A stretch of DNA of 37,377 nucleotides from Enterococcus phage vB_CECAV_04. The notes under the pieces were generated by a model, which had not been told where the DNA came from, made no database searches, and worked only from the letters and a program-made list of their open reading frames with translations. How positions within the stretch are numbered: the first letter of the stretch is position 1; every line of letters begins with the position of its first letter. Shown one piece after another: positions 1-8,833 of this stretch. A program made the position numbers and the translations under genes. The stretch lies in sequence record PV173148.1; one strand, given 5' to 3'.

Positions 1-119
1 TCCTATGTCGCTCAAGGGTTTTAACGATTTAGTGGACAGAACAGAACTATTTTCCAATCGCTTTCTAAGAAGTATAAAATAAAAAAAAATTTTTCTTTTT
101 ATTCAGCATAAGCTAATAA

Positions 120-282
120 GCAAAATATTTTGTCCTTTTGTCCATAGGACGTTTTTTTTCTTTTTAAAAAGAAAGAAAAAAGACTAAGAAATAAGGCTTT
201 TGGCTCAAAAATTTTCATGGACAAAATGCAAAAAATTTTTGTCCGTATTTTGTCCATAGCCCTGAATTTTGTCCAAAATGCA
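120..282. repeat. Iteron/operator array. TTTTGTCC direct repeats at 128-135, 136-143, 237-244, 248-255 and 267-274. Inverted copy GGACAAAA at 219-226 and half-site GGAC at 147-150, forming dyads GTCCataGGAC and GGACAAAA-N10-TTTTGTCC.
   Basis: Read directly from the sequence. The same heptamer family recurs at 22005-22300 and at the window end (37344-37366). Confidence 0.7.
151..181. promoter_or_regulatory. A/T-only palindrome TTTTTTTTCTTTTTAAAAAGAAAGAAAAAAG. A homologous copy lies at 22088-22117.
   Basis: Dyad symmetry is visible in the sequence. It is conserved between the two control regions. Confidence 0.55.
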
Positions 283-331
283 ACCGCTGAAATTAGGAAA
301 AATGAGAAACCGAAAAAATTTTAAAAACCTA

Positions 332-360
332 TTGACTTTGTGGTAATTGGGTAGTATTAT
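332..360 (+). promoter_or_regulatory. Sigma-A type promoter TTGACT-N17-TATTAT, preceded by an A-tract and CTA (family motif AAAAACCTATTGACTTT).
   Basis: Consensus hexamers with 17-nt spacing. It is one member of the repeated promoter family. Confidence 0.6.
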
Positions 361-400
361 CGAAGTATAAAGACAATACCTTGAAAGGAAGTTAGAAACA

Positions 401-1216
401 ATGACAGAAACAAAAACTAAAAAGAAGAAAGGCAGACCGAACACAGAAACATGTCAACCTTTGACAAAACCACTATCTGACGAAGGACTAGACCTTGTAG
501 ATTATGCAAACCGCCCCGTGAATAGTTGTCGCATTGTAGGCGAGCCTTACATTTATCGAAGCCCGAACGTAATGGGTTTGCTAAACAAAGAAAGAGAATT
601 TGCTAGTGGATACCTGACTATATGTTTGAACGAAGGTAAGAAATATCGTGGATACGAACTCGAACGTACACCCGAATATGACAGATATTTTGATATGCAA
701 CCGATAGTGTTTCTTGATGAGAATAACTTGAACTTTTCAAGAACTATCGAGCAAGTCGATTCAAACACGGGGAACATTCTCCCTATAAAGTACACCATAG
801 GCGAGCGAAGGCATATTCCTTGGCACGAACGCTACACCCCCGAACAGCTAAAAGTTATCATGGAAACAGGTTCAGATGAAGTCGCCTATACCAGTGATTT
901 TGTATCAGTAAAAGAACCGACTGAACGAGACACAGCCTTGCGACCTATTCAAAGAGAAGCCGATATCAAGCTAGGCGACTTTGTTTTATTGTCGTATGGT
1001 AAAATTGCCACCTATGGAACGTTTACAAGCGTTTTAAAGCGTTCGAATATGACAAGTTGGGAATTAAGCGAAAATGTCTTAGAAACGAAATTAGGCACGA
1101 ATAACAGCAATGTAAGAGTTTACCACTTATACAACGAAGAAGAATATAACCGATTTATGAAAGACTTACGACAAATACGCAAGTTAAGAGAACGAAAAAT
1201 ATTTAAAGGAGAATAA
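401..1216 (+). CDS. Hypothetical protein (271 aa), the first gene downstream of control region 1. Its N-terminus is lysine-rich with a KKKKGRP (AT-hook-like) motif, so it may bind DNA or act as a regulator.
   Basis: Long ORF with an AAAGGAAG SD about 9 nt upstream of the ATG. I recognise no catalytic motif. Confidence 0.6.
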   Translation: MTETKTKKKKGRPNTETCQPLTKPLSDEGLDLVDYANRPVNSCRIVGEPYIYRSPNVMGLLNKEREFASGYLTICLNEGKKYRGYELERTPEYDRYFDMQPIVFLDENNLNFSRTIEQVDSNTGNILPIKYTIGERRHIPWHERYTPEQLKVIMETGSDEVAYTSDFVSVKEPTERDTALRPIQREADIKLGDFVLLSYGKIATYGTFTSVLKRSNMTSWELSENVLETKLGTNNSNVRVYHLYNEEEYNRFMKDLRQIRKLRERKIFKGE

Positions 1217-1218
1217 CC

Positions 1219-1560
1219 ATGACAGAAATTGAAAACAAAATAAGAGCAGAAATCGAGAATTACCGAGTAACCGTTGACGAATTACTAGAACAAATCGAAG
1301 CATTGTCCGCCCGATGTAACTTTGCTGAAAGTCGCCTACAAAAGTATGACGGTATCGAAGAAAGCTTATTGCAATTGGAAAGAGATTATAAAGCCTTGCA
1401 AAAAGACGCTGAAAACTTAAACAAAGAGTTAGCATTTGCTAACAAGCGAGTTGAAAACCTTGATAAGCTACTTGACGATAAACAAAAAGGAATTATGTTA
1501 GCCAATGACCGAGCGAACGCATGGAAAAAGGTCGTCGAGTTGGAACTGTTCGAGAACTAG
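1219..1560 (+). CDS. Hypothetical coiled-coil protein (113 aa).
   Basis: ORF with an AAAGGAGAA SD. Heptad-like, Glu/Lys/Leu-rich composition. Confidence 0.6.
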   Translation: MTEIENKIRAEIENYRVTVDELLEQIEALSARCNFAESRLQKYDGIEESLLQLERDYKALQKDAENLNKELAFANKRVENLDKLLDDKQKGIMLANDRANAWKKVVELELFEN

Positions 1561-1573
1561 AACATTATTGATT

Positions 1574-1604
1574 AAGCCTTGATTAACAAGGCTTTTTTAT
1601 TTTG
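1574..1604 (+). terminator. Rho-independent terminator. Stem AAGCCTTG/CAAGGCTT, loop ATTAA, then a T-tract.
   Basis: Perfect 8-bp stem followed by TTTTTTATTTT. Confidence 0.7.
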
Positions 1605-1669
1605 CTTTATGTAGCAACCTTGTAACTGATTGCAAGAAATTCCTCCCCGTTGAGTAACTCCTCGACCCG

Positions 1670-1698
1670 TTGAAAAATAACTTATTTTGTGATATAAT
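1670..1698 (+). promoter_or_regulatory. Strong promoter TTGAAA-N17-TATAAT with an extended -10 (TGaTATAAT), upstream of terS.
   Basis: Exact consensus -35 and -10 hexamers at 17-nt spacing. Confidence 0.7.
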
Positions 1699-1766
1699 GA
1701 AGCTATTGAACAATTGTATCAACATATTAACTAATTAAAAATAACTGCTAAGGGAGTGAAATATAA

Positions 1767-2168
1767 ATGGCAAGACCTAAAAAGAACCCTACGCCCCCTA
1801 CATTAACCGAGTGGGTAAAGCCGGCTAAACTAGCATTAATCAAGGCTTATCGGGTTGACGGTGCAAGCTTGAATGATGTTGCAAACCTTATCGGCGTAGG
1901 TCGTAGCACATTATACAAATGGAAAGCACAAGAACCGAAAATCGAACAAGCATTATCAATGGGAAAAATGGAAGCTGTTGCGCTTGTTGAAAATCGTTTC
2001 TTTGAAAATGCTTTAGTATCGAACAAACCGACAGACCAACTAGCATGGTTACGATATAACAAACGTGATAAATACTATGATGAACAACCGAGAACACCAA
2101 AATCAGATAACGTTGATAGCCAATTAAACGCGTTACTGGATAAAATCGCAACAGAATTGTATCGTTAG
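1767..2168 (+). CDS. terS: Terminase small subunit (133 aa) with an HTH-type DNA-binding N-terminus.
   Basis: Position immediately upstream of the large terminase. HTH-like segment SLNDVANLIGVGRSTLYKW. SD AGGGAGTGA. Confidence 0.75.
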   Translation: MARPKKNPTPPTLTEWVKPAKLALIKAYRVDGASLNDVANLIGVGRSTLYKWKAQEPKIEQALSMGKMEAVALVENRFFENALVSNKPTDQLAWLRYNKRDKYYDEQPRTPKSDNVDSQLNALLDKIATELYR

Positions 2169-2178
2169 GAGTGACAAA

Positions 2179-3420
2179 ATGGCACTTGACCTACTTTTCA
2201 CGAAAAAACAACAAGAAGTATTAAAAGCATTAATGAGTGATGATTGGTTCATTGCTGTTTTACATGGCGCTGTTCGTAGTGGAAAAACGTATTTGAATAA
2301 CTATATTTTCTTATACGAAGTGCGTAGAGTTGCTGAAATCGCAAAACGTGAAGGAATAACCAACCCTATGTATATTCTAGCTGGTTATACGAAAAGTAAC
2401 ATTCAAGATAACGTTTTGAATGAACTTTCTAATGTGTTCGGCTTTGAATTTAAGTTTGACAAATTCGGTTCGTTTGAATTGTTCGGGGTTAAAATCGTAC
2501 AAACTACACACGGAACAAAAAACGGTGTTGGTCGCATCCGTGGTATGACAGCCTTTGGTGCTTACGTCAATGAAACGAGTTTAGCGAATGAAAGCGTATT
2601 TGAAGAAATAAAAGCCCGTTGCAGTGGTAAAGGCGCAAGGATAATCGCTGATACCAACCCGTCACACCCTGAACATTGGCTGAAAAAGAACTATATTGAT
2701 AGTGAAAGCCCTAGTATTAGGAGTTTTAACTTTGTATTGGAAGATAACACTTTTCTTAGTCAACGTTATATCGACAACTTGAAAGCGTCAACGCCAAGTG
2801 GTATGTTTTACGATAGAACAATTAAAGGCTTGTGGGTATCGGGCGAAGGCGTGGTATATCCCGACTTTGATATAACCAAGCATCTAATTCCTGAAATTGA
2901 CGAGAACGGAAACCACTTTCCGTATTGGAATTGTGATGAGTATATCGTAGGTTGCGACTGGGGATATTCTCACTTTGGAAGTATTTTGGTTTTAGGGAGA
3001 ATCGGGGACAATTGGTATCTTGTGGAAGAATACGCCGAGCAATACAAAGAAATTGATTACTGGGTTGATATAGCCTTGAACATAACAAACCAATACGGCT
3101 ACATTCCTTTTTATTGTGATAGCGCCCGACCTGAACACGTTGACAGATTTTTAAGAGAAGGAATTAACGCTATCAATGCTGACAAATCTATAATGAGTGG
3201 AATTGAACACGTTGCCAAGTTGATAAAATCAGATAACTTTTATATTATCAAGCATGATAAAGAATTGTATATTTTGAAAGAACTGTACGCTTATGCTTGG
3301 AATGAAAGCACGGGTTTACCAATTAAAGAAAATGATGACTGCTTGGACGCTTTACGATATGCTTTATACACTCATTGTTATAACCCGATTGAAATTAGTA
3401 ACCAAAGTATTTTTAAATAA
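2179..3420 (+). CDS. terL: Terminase large subunit (413 aa). Walker A GAVRSGKT, with a C-terminal nuclease region carrying acidic motifs.
   Basis: P-loop motif near the N-terminus, size, and position between terS and portal. Confidence 0.85.
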   Translation: MALDLLFTKKQQEVLKALMSDDWFIAVLHGAVRSGKTYLNNYIFLYEVRRVAEIAKREGITNPMYILAGYTKSNIQDNVLNELSNVFGFEFKFDKFGSFELFGVKIVQTTHGTKNGVGRIRGMTAFGAYVNETSLANESVFEEIKARCSGKGARIIADTNPSHPEHWLKKNYIDSESPSIRSFNFVLEDNTFLSQRYIDNLKASTPSGMFYDRTIKGLWVSGEGVVYPDFDITKHLIPEIDENGNHFPYWNCDEYIVGCDWGYSHFGSILVLGRIGDNWYLVEEYAEQYKEIDYWVDIALNITNQYGYIPFYCDSARPEHVDRFLREGINAINADKSIMSGIEHVAKLIKSDNFYIIKHDKELYILKELYAYAWNESTGLPIKENDDCLDALRYALYTHCYNPIEISNQSIFK

Positions 3421-3469
3421 TTAACTGAAGTCAACCCGTTGTATAGCGAGTTGAAAAGGAGTGAAGAAC

Positions 3470-4921
3470 TTGACCGAGCTATTAAGCTTACCAATTGAAC
3501 TAGTGAGAAAAACAAGCCCTTATAAGAACGTGTTCGGCGCTGAAAAGGGCGTGAGAATGAATGATAGGGGCACTTTCATCGCCGATAAATCATTAGAAAT
3601 TGGTATAGACCAGATTGACGACTATATTAATTTACATCAAACATACCGTGTACCGAAGTTACTTGAAAGCCATTACATGTACTTAGGCGAGTACCCTATT
3701 ACATACAATGGAAGCGCTGAAATCATCCCCGAAGGCATGCCTGATAACCGTTTAGTAGTCAACTTTGCGAAGTATATTGTTGATACTTTTAACGGGTACT
3801 TTATCGGTATCCCACCAAAGATAAGCGCCGATGATGACAAAGTTACCGAGTTAGTTAATGATTTTTTTGAAAGTGCCGATTTATCAGATAACCTTGCCGA
3901 ATTATCTAAAATTTGCAGTATTTACGGCTACGGTTACGCTTTTCTATATACTGACGAAAACGGGGAAATTCAATGTACTTATAACAGCCCCCTTGACATT
4001 ATCATGGTTCATTCAGATACAATCGATGAAAGCCCACGGTTTGCAATCAGATATTACATTAATCATGACAATGAAACTTGTGGCGAATTATATACACAAG
4101 ATAGCAAGTTTGAATTTAATATTCAGCAAAAAATCTTGAAAGAAGTCGAGTATTTTGACACTTTCAACGGGCTTCCATTAATTGAATTTGTCGAGAACGA
4201 TTTTAGACAATCGATTTTCGAGCAAGTAAAAAACTTAATCAACCACTTTAACAAAGCGCTATCTAGTAAGGCGAACGATATTGAATACTTTGCCAATACT
4301 TACATGAAAATTATCGGTGCTAAAGTGGGAAGTAACGCCGTGACAACCATGCAGAAGCAACGTGTTATCAACGTTACAGGACAAGGTTCAGACAAGGTAT
4401 TAATTGACTTTATCACTAAGCCTGACAGCGATACCACGCAAGAAAACTTATTAGAACGATTGCAGAAACTTATATTCGTTACTAGCATGGTCGCGAATAC
4501 GACAGATGAAAACTTTGGCAATACTAGTGGCGTAGCCCTTGAATTTAAGTTGCAAAATATGCACAATCTAGCAATAGCTAAAGAGCGTAAGTTTACAAGT
4601 GGCTTAAAACAATTGTTCAAACGTTTGTTTAATACGCCACTTGTTCCCGTTGACGAGCAAGCTTATAAGTCTTTAAAATATAAGTTTACGCTGAATATCC
4701 CTAGAAACGTATCCGAAGAAATCGAGAACGCTAAGAATTTAGAAGGTATTGTTTCCAAAGAAACGCAACTAGGACAACTATCTTTTGTAACCAACCCACT
4801 TGATGAAATCGAAAAAATTGAGAAAGAAAAGGTTAGCGACTTTGATAGTTTCAACGAGTTGAGCAATGTTTCCATTGACAACCCAACGGGTGAAAGTATC
4901 CTAGATAACAGCGAAGAATAA
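3470..4921 (+). CDS. Portal protein (about 483 aa). I infer a TTG start after the AAAGGAGTG SD; the ORF-track GTG at 3461 lies inside the SD.
   Basis: Size and position after terL. The acidic C-terminus is typical of portals. Confidence 0.75.
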   Translation: MTELLSLPIELVRKTSPYKNVFGAEKGVRMNDRGTFIADKSLEIGIDQIDDYINLHQTYRVPKLLESHYMYLGEYPITYNGSAEIIPEGMPDNRLVVNFAKYIVDTFNGYFIGIPPKISADDDKVTELVNDFFESADLSDNLAELSKICSIYGYGYAFLYTDENGEIQCTYNSPLDIIMVHSDTIDESPRFAIRYYINHDNETCGELYTQDSKFEFNIQQKILKEVEYFDTFNGLPLIEFVENDFRQSIFEQVKNLINHFNKALSSKANDIEYFANTYMKIIGAKVGSNAVTTMQKQRVINVTGQGSDKVLIDFITKPDSDTTQENLLERLQKLIFVTSMVANTTDENFGNTSGVALEFKLQNMHNLAIAKERKFTSGLKQLFKRLFNTPLVPVDEQAYKSLKYKFTLNIPRNVSEEIENAKNLEGIVSKETQLGQLSFVTNPLDEIEKIEKEKVSDFDSFNELSNVSIDNPTGESILDNSEE

Positions 4922-4928
4922 TAAAATG

Positions 4929-4969
4929 TGATATAATAGCGCTATCTAATAAACAGGTAGCGCTATTTT
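4929..4969 (+). promoter_or_regulatory. Extended -10 element TGaTATAAT (4929-4937) overlapping a hairpin ATAGCGCTA/TAGCGCTAT (4936-4966) with a short T-tract. I read it as a leaky terminator plus an internal promoter before the minor head gene.
   Basis: Seen in the sequence. The same TGTGATATAAT string as at 1689-1698. Confidence 0.4.
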
Positions 4970-4987
4970 AATTAGGGAGTGAATAAC

Positions 4988-5941
4988 ATGGATAACATAG
5001 AGCAATTCCTAGAACAGCATGGAAAAGTCATGCTAACCAATGAACAGGGTAGAGAAAAGGTTGCTAACAAAATAACAAAGCAATTCAAAGAGTTAGCGCA
5101 ATATTTGAACAAAGTATTTACAACGTGGTTTAATGAATACAAGGACGAAAATAACACGGTTGACATTACAACGGCACAAAAACCGTTGACAGTTAGTGAA
5201 CGGGCGACTATTTTACAGCATTTAAAACGATACGAGCGACCAAGCTTTTTCAACGGGTTGAGCCGTGAACAACAATTGGACTATACCAATTCTTATAATA
5301 AGATTATCCAAAAGGCAACTGAAAACAAGTTGACTTATCTTGAAAGCATGATTGAAATCGAAATACTAGCATTTTATACAGCATTAAATGTCAAGGTTGA
5401 TGATACGCTAACAAATGAAATCGAACGGGAATACGACTACACAAGACAGATAGTCAACGCAGAAAACCTTGAAACACCTATTGAAACTATCAAAGAAAAG
5501 GTTACCCCTGATAAGGATAAGTCCTTGCTTAATCAACGAACAGTATTGTTAGCAACCATTTTATTACTTGTCAAGACAGCTTTAATTGCTAACAAACCAC
5601 GATTACAGACTACTAAACAAATGACTAAACAAGTAGCCAAAGCAAGCGCGCAATTTACTAGCACTTTGAGAAGCGCAATCGCCGATAGTCAAATTGAAGC
5701 GCAAAGACAAAGTTATCATGATTGCGATATAAAAAGATATTGCTTTGTAAGTGAAACCGAGATGTATAAGCATACGTCACTAGGCGGTAAAAGTACAACC
5801 AAAGGGAAAAACCTTACGCCTTGTCCGATATGTCAAGGTTTGAATGGGCAAATATTTTACGTTAAGAATATGAAACGGGGTAAAAACGCCCCTAAAATGC
5901 ACCCGAATTGTAGATGTAGTACCGTTCCCGTGATTGACTAG
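4988..5941 (+). CDS. Minor head / head morphogenesis protein of the Phage_Mu_F (SPP1 gp7-like) type, about 317 aa.
   Basis: C-terminal Cys/His cluster CPICQG...HPNCRCS is typical of Mu F-like minor capsid proteins. It follows the portal. Confidence 0.7.
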   Translation: MDNIEQFLEQHGKVMLTNEQGREKVANKITKQFKELAQYLNKVFTTWFNEYKDENNTVDITTAQKPLTVSERATILQHLKRYERPSFFNGLSREQQLDYTNSYNKIIQKATENKLTYLESMIEIEILAFYTALNVKVDDTLTNEIEREYDYTRQIVNAENLETPIETIKEKVTPDKDKSLLNQRTVLLATILLLVKTALIANKPRLQTTKQMTKQVAKASAQFTSTLRSAIADSQIEAQRQSYHDCDIKRYCFVSETEMYKHTSLGGKSTTKGKNLTPCPICQGLNGQIFYVKNMKRGKNAPKMHPNCRCSTVPVID

Positions 5942-5946
5942 GCGAT

Positions 5947-5975
5947 TTGACAACACCCTGATAATGTTGTATATT
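5947..5975 (+). promoter_or_regulatory. Promoter TTGACA-N17-TATATT upstream of the scaffold/capsid genes.
   Basis: Consensus -35 with good spacing. Confidence 0.55.
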
Positions 5976-6016
5976 TATTTAAGAGCTAACGTTATTTATG
6001 AATAATTATTCACTTT

Positions 6017-6093
6017 GTGGCACATGACACCACGTTAAAAACAAGGTTATTTTAATTGATAGTGGCACATGAAACCACTTAAAAAACAAGGGG
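6017..6093 (+). repeat. Two about 30-nt direct repeats GTGGCACATGA(C/A)ACCAC(G)TTAAAAA(A)CAAGG, at 6017-6046 and 6062-6093, in the 5' leader of the scaffold-capsid operon. Each has a small GTGG...CCAC dyad.
   Basis: Seen in the sequence. They lie between the promoter and the SD. Confidence 0.6.
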
Positions 6094-6103
6094 GAAATAT
6101 TTG

Positions 6104-6712
6104 ATGAATGAACAAGAAACATTGAATTTAGCTGAACAAGCCGTACAAAATGCAACAACGCAACCCGTTGAGCAAGAAACGCAACCCGTTGAAAGTGAAG
6201 TTACAACCAACGACAAACCAACGGAAAAAACATTTACACAGCAAGAAGTTGATGACATTGTAAAGTCACGAATTGAGCGAGAAATTAAAAAGTTAACAGC
6301 TAAAGCGCAAGAACCGAAAAAGCTAACTGAGATTAATGAAATTGAAACGTTGAAAAGTGAATTACAAGAAACACAAAAGGCGTTACAAGAATTGACAACT
6401 CAACATATCAAGACTGAATTGCGAGCAAAAGCAAGTGACATTTTAAATTCAAACGGTATCAAGCCGAATGATAAAATGCTTGATATTTTAGTGGCAGATA
6501 ATGCAGAAACAACTCATGACAATATCAAGGCTTTTACTGATTTATTAAAAACACAAGCCGTTGACATTGTAAAAGTGCAGATGAAGGGAGCAACCCCCGT
6601 AAGCACAACGGCTAACGTAACTAAAACGGTTACAAAAGCTGAAATTATGGCAATTAAAGACGTAAACGAACGCCAAAAAATGATTGCTGAAAACTTACAC
6701 TTATTCAAATAA
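6104..6712 (+). CDS. Scaffolding protein (about 202 aa), acidic with high helix propensity.
   Basis: Position directly upstream of the major capsid gene. Composition is rich in Q/E/K/T. SD AAGGGGGA. Confidence 0.65.
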   Translation: MNEQETLNLAEQAVQNATTQPVEQETQPVESEVTTNDKPTEKTFTQQEVDDIVKSRIEREIKKLTAKAQEPKKLTEINEIETLKSELQETQKALQELTTQHIKTELRAKASDILNSNGIKPNDKMLDILVADNAETTHDNIKAFTDLLKTQAVDIVKVQMKGATPVSTTANVTKTVTKAEIMAIKDVNERQKMIAENLHLFK

Positions 6713-6733
6713 AATTATAGGAGTGATTTATAC

Positions 6734-7705
6734 ATGGTAGCAACATCGCCTACTTATCCTGAAACACCACTAGTTAAACAAGGGACTGTTACACCAACAG
6801 ACAACGGTTATACAGCAACGGGTAACTCTATCGCCCGTATTCCTGAAATTGACTTTGTAGAACAATTTAATGAAAATATTAATAAATTATCAGAAGCTTT
6901 AGCTTTGACACGCCGATTATCGTTGTCCGAAGGTTCAATTGTACGCCGTTACAAATGGGATAAAACAAAAACATTAGTCAATGGAACTGTAGAAGAAGGC
7001 GCTTTAATTCCATTATCTGAAGTAGCGTTAAAAGAAGTTAAGCCAATTGTCGTTGGGTTCAAGAAATACCGTAAACAAGTAACGGGCGAAGCAATTCAAA
7101 TGTACGGACAAAACATGGCAATCAATCAAACAGACGCTCAACTTGTTCAAATGATTCAGCGTGACTTGCGTAAGACTTTCTTTGATAATTTAAACTCAGA
7201 CGCAACTAAGAAAAATCAATCTATCGGAGTAGGCTTACAAGGTGCAATCGCAGAAGTAAAAGGCGAATTAGAAAAAGTCTTTGAAAACTACGGGGGCGCT
7301 GACAATATCATTGTCTTAGTCAACCCTATGGATATTGCTAAGTATATCGGCACAGCAAACGTTACTACACAGACAGCCTTTGGTCTAACTTATATCACAG
7401 GCTTTATCGGCGGTGTGACTATTTTATCATTTACAAACGTTCCACAGGGCAAAATTTACGCAACTGTTCCGAATAACTTAATCTTAGCCTATGCAAACGT
7501 GGGGGGCGCTGTTGGTTCAGCATTTGATTTGACGAGTGACGCAACTGGACTTGTCGGAATTACTCACAAGGCTATTCCTGAACGTTTTGCTTATGATACC
7601 GTTGCTATTACGGGCTTACAGTTATTAGCTGAAATTCCTGAAGGCGTTATTCAAATGACTATGCGTGATACTATTCCAGTTGCTGACACTGGTGACGGAC
7701 AGTAA
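6734..7705 (+). CDS. Major capsid protein (323 aa).
   Basis: Position after the scaffold, size, strong SD, and a terminator immediately downstream. Confidence 0.75.
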   Translation: MVATSPTYPETPLVKQGTVTPTDNGYTATGNSIARIPEIDFVEQFNENINKLSEALALTRRLSLSEGSIVRRYKWDKTKTLVNGTVEEGALIPLSEVALKEVKPIVVGFKKYRKQVTGEAIQMYGQNMAINQTDAQLVQMIQRDLRKTFFDNLNSDATKKNQSIGVGLQGAIAEVKGELEKVFENYGGADNIIVLVNPMDIAKYIGTANVTTQTAFGLTYITGFIGGVTILSFTNVPQGKIYATVPNNLILAYANVGGAVGSAFDLTSDATGLVGITHKAIPERFAYDTVAITGLQLLAEIPEGVIQMTMRDTIPVADTGDGQ

Positions 7706-7720
7706 CTGATGAATTTTGAA

Positions 7721-7756
7721 AGTGGGGAGGGATAAATTCCCTTCTCACTTTTTGTT
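7721..7756 (+). terminator. Terminator hairpin AGTGGGGAGGGA/TCCCTTCTCACT (with G-U pairs), followed by TTTTTG.
   Basis: 12-bp stem including wobble pairs, then a T-tract. A post-capsid attenuator is typical. Confidence 0.6.
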
Positions 7757-7775
7757 ATAAAAAGGGAGTGTTAAA

Positions 7776-8120
7776 ATGGCTTTAATTGATGACATTAAAA
7801 CTAGAAAAGGTATCAACAACGCAACCCTTGACAACTTAATTCAAGCACTGATAACAAATACACAAAATTATCTTACAACGGTGTATGGTGTGCCGTCCGA
7901 TAACCTAACGGATATTGATTTTATTACACAAGATATTGTTATTGAAAGATTGAACCGTATGGATAATGAAGGCTTTTCTAGTGCTTCTCAAGATGGATAC
8001 AGCTTTTCTGTTGATTATGCTAGTGTTTTTGAAAAATATACCGACATGATTAACGCTTATCTTGAAAGCGAGGGGCTTGAAACATACGATAACACCAAGT
8101 TGGCGTTTATCGGTTATTAG
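7776..8120 (+). CDS. Head-tail connector / DNA-packaging (gp6-like) protein, 114 aa.
   Basis: Size and position. SD AAAGGGAGTG. Confidence 0.6.
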   Translation: MALIDDIKTRKGINNATLDNLIQALITNTQNYLTTVYGVPSDNLTDIDFITQDIVIERLNRMDNEGFSSASQDGYSFSVDYASVFEKYTDMINAYLESEGLETYDNTKLAFIGY

Positions 8121-8134
8121 GAAGGTGGTTCAAA

Positions 8135-8454
8135 TGATGAAAGAATTTACCATTGTAAAAAACGGCGAGCGTGTTTTTGATAGAACGCAAGGGAAGTATG
8201 TTATTTCAAACCCGACTAAAACAAAAGCCGTTGCTAAATTGAACTATCTTAACTTATCTAAGACAAGGGAGATATTTGGCGATATTGCAACGAATGTTAT
8301 CGTTATTAGAAACCCGTACCCCGATAGCGCATTGTCTTGGAATTTTGACTATATTGTAGTAGACGGTAAAACATACCGATTAATCAATCAAGCCAATTAC
8401 AGCAATTGGAACGCAACCTATTATTTTAGTCAATCAAATGATACGGTGGTTTAA
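8135..8454 (+). CDS. Head closure / head-tail adaptor protein (about 106 aa). I infer the start at ATG 8135 after the GGAAGGTGG SD.
   Basis: Small ORF at the conserved position in the head-tail joining cluster. Confidence 0.55.
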
Positions 8455-8455
8455 T

Positions 8456-8830
8456 ATGGGAATTAAGATGAGTGTATCGTCAAGCGGTGGTAGACCTTTT
8501 TCAAAGACTTACGACTATTTGAACATAGATGATAACATTGTTCCTGAATTAAGAACCATTGTGAAAAACAACGGTGTACAACTAGTACAAGGTGCACAAA
8601 AACGAAGTCCCGTTGATACAGGTGCATTGCGTAGGTCAATTAGATTATCCCTTGAAAATGGCAACTTGAAAGCCGTTGTTAAGACAAACGTTCCTTATGC
8701 TAAATTTGTTGAGTATGGAACTATCCGACAAAAAGCGCAACCTTATATGCGACCTAGTTTAAGAGTACAAAAAGCAAAATTTGTTAAGGCGATTAAAAAT
8801 GCAATCGGTGTAAAGAAAAAAGGGGGTTAG
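8456..8830 (+). CDS. HK97 gp10-like tail component (about 124 aa). The start at ATG 8456 follows GGTGG and overlaps the upstream stop.
   Basis: Position and size. Translationally coupled to the upstream gene. Confidence 0.55.
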   Translation: MGIKMSVSSSGGRPFSKTYDYLNIDDNIVPELRTIVKNNGVQLVQGAQKRSPVDTGALRRSIRLSLENGNLKAVVKTNVPYAKFVEYGTIRQKAQPYMRPSLRVQKAKFVKAIKNAIGVKKKGG

Positions 8831-8833
8831 CGT

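Noticed and set aside
205-444. Minus-strand 79-aa ORF in control region 1.
   Set aside because: It runs through the A/T palindrome and iterons with low-complexity translation (FFFLVF...). It has no SD. Every credible gene in this window is on the + strand.
3858-4139. Nested + strand ORFs in alternative frames: 3858-4139, 9517-9735, 15676-15897, 16360-16587, 18139-18336, 20629-20907, 29807-29992 and 32392-32643.
   Set aside because: Each lies inside a longer, motif-supported gene in a different frame and has no independent SD.
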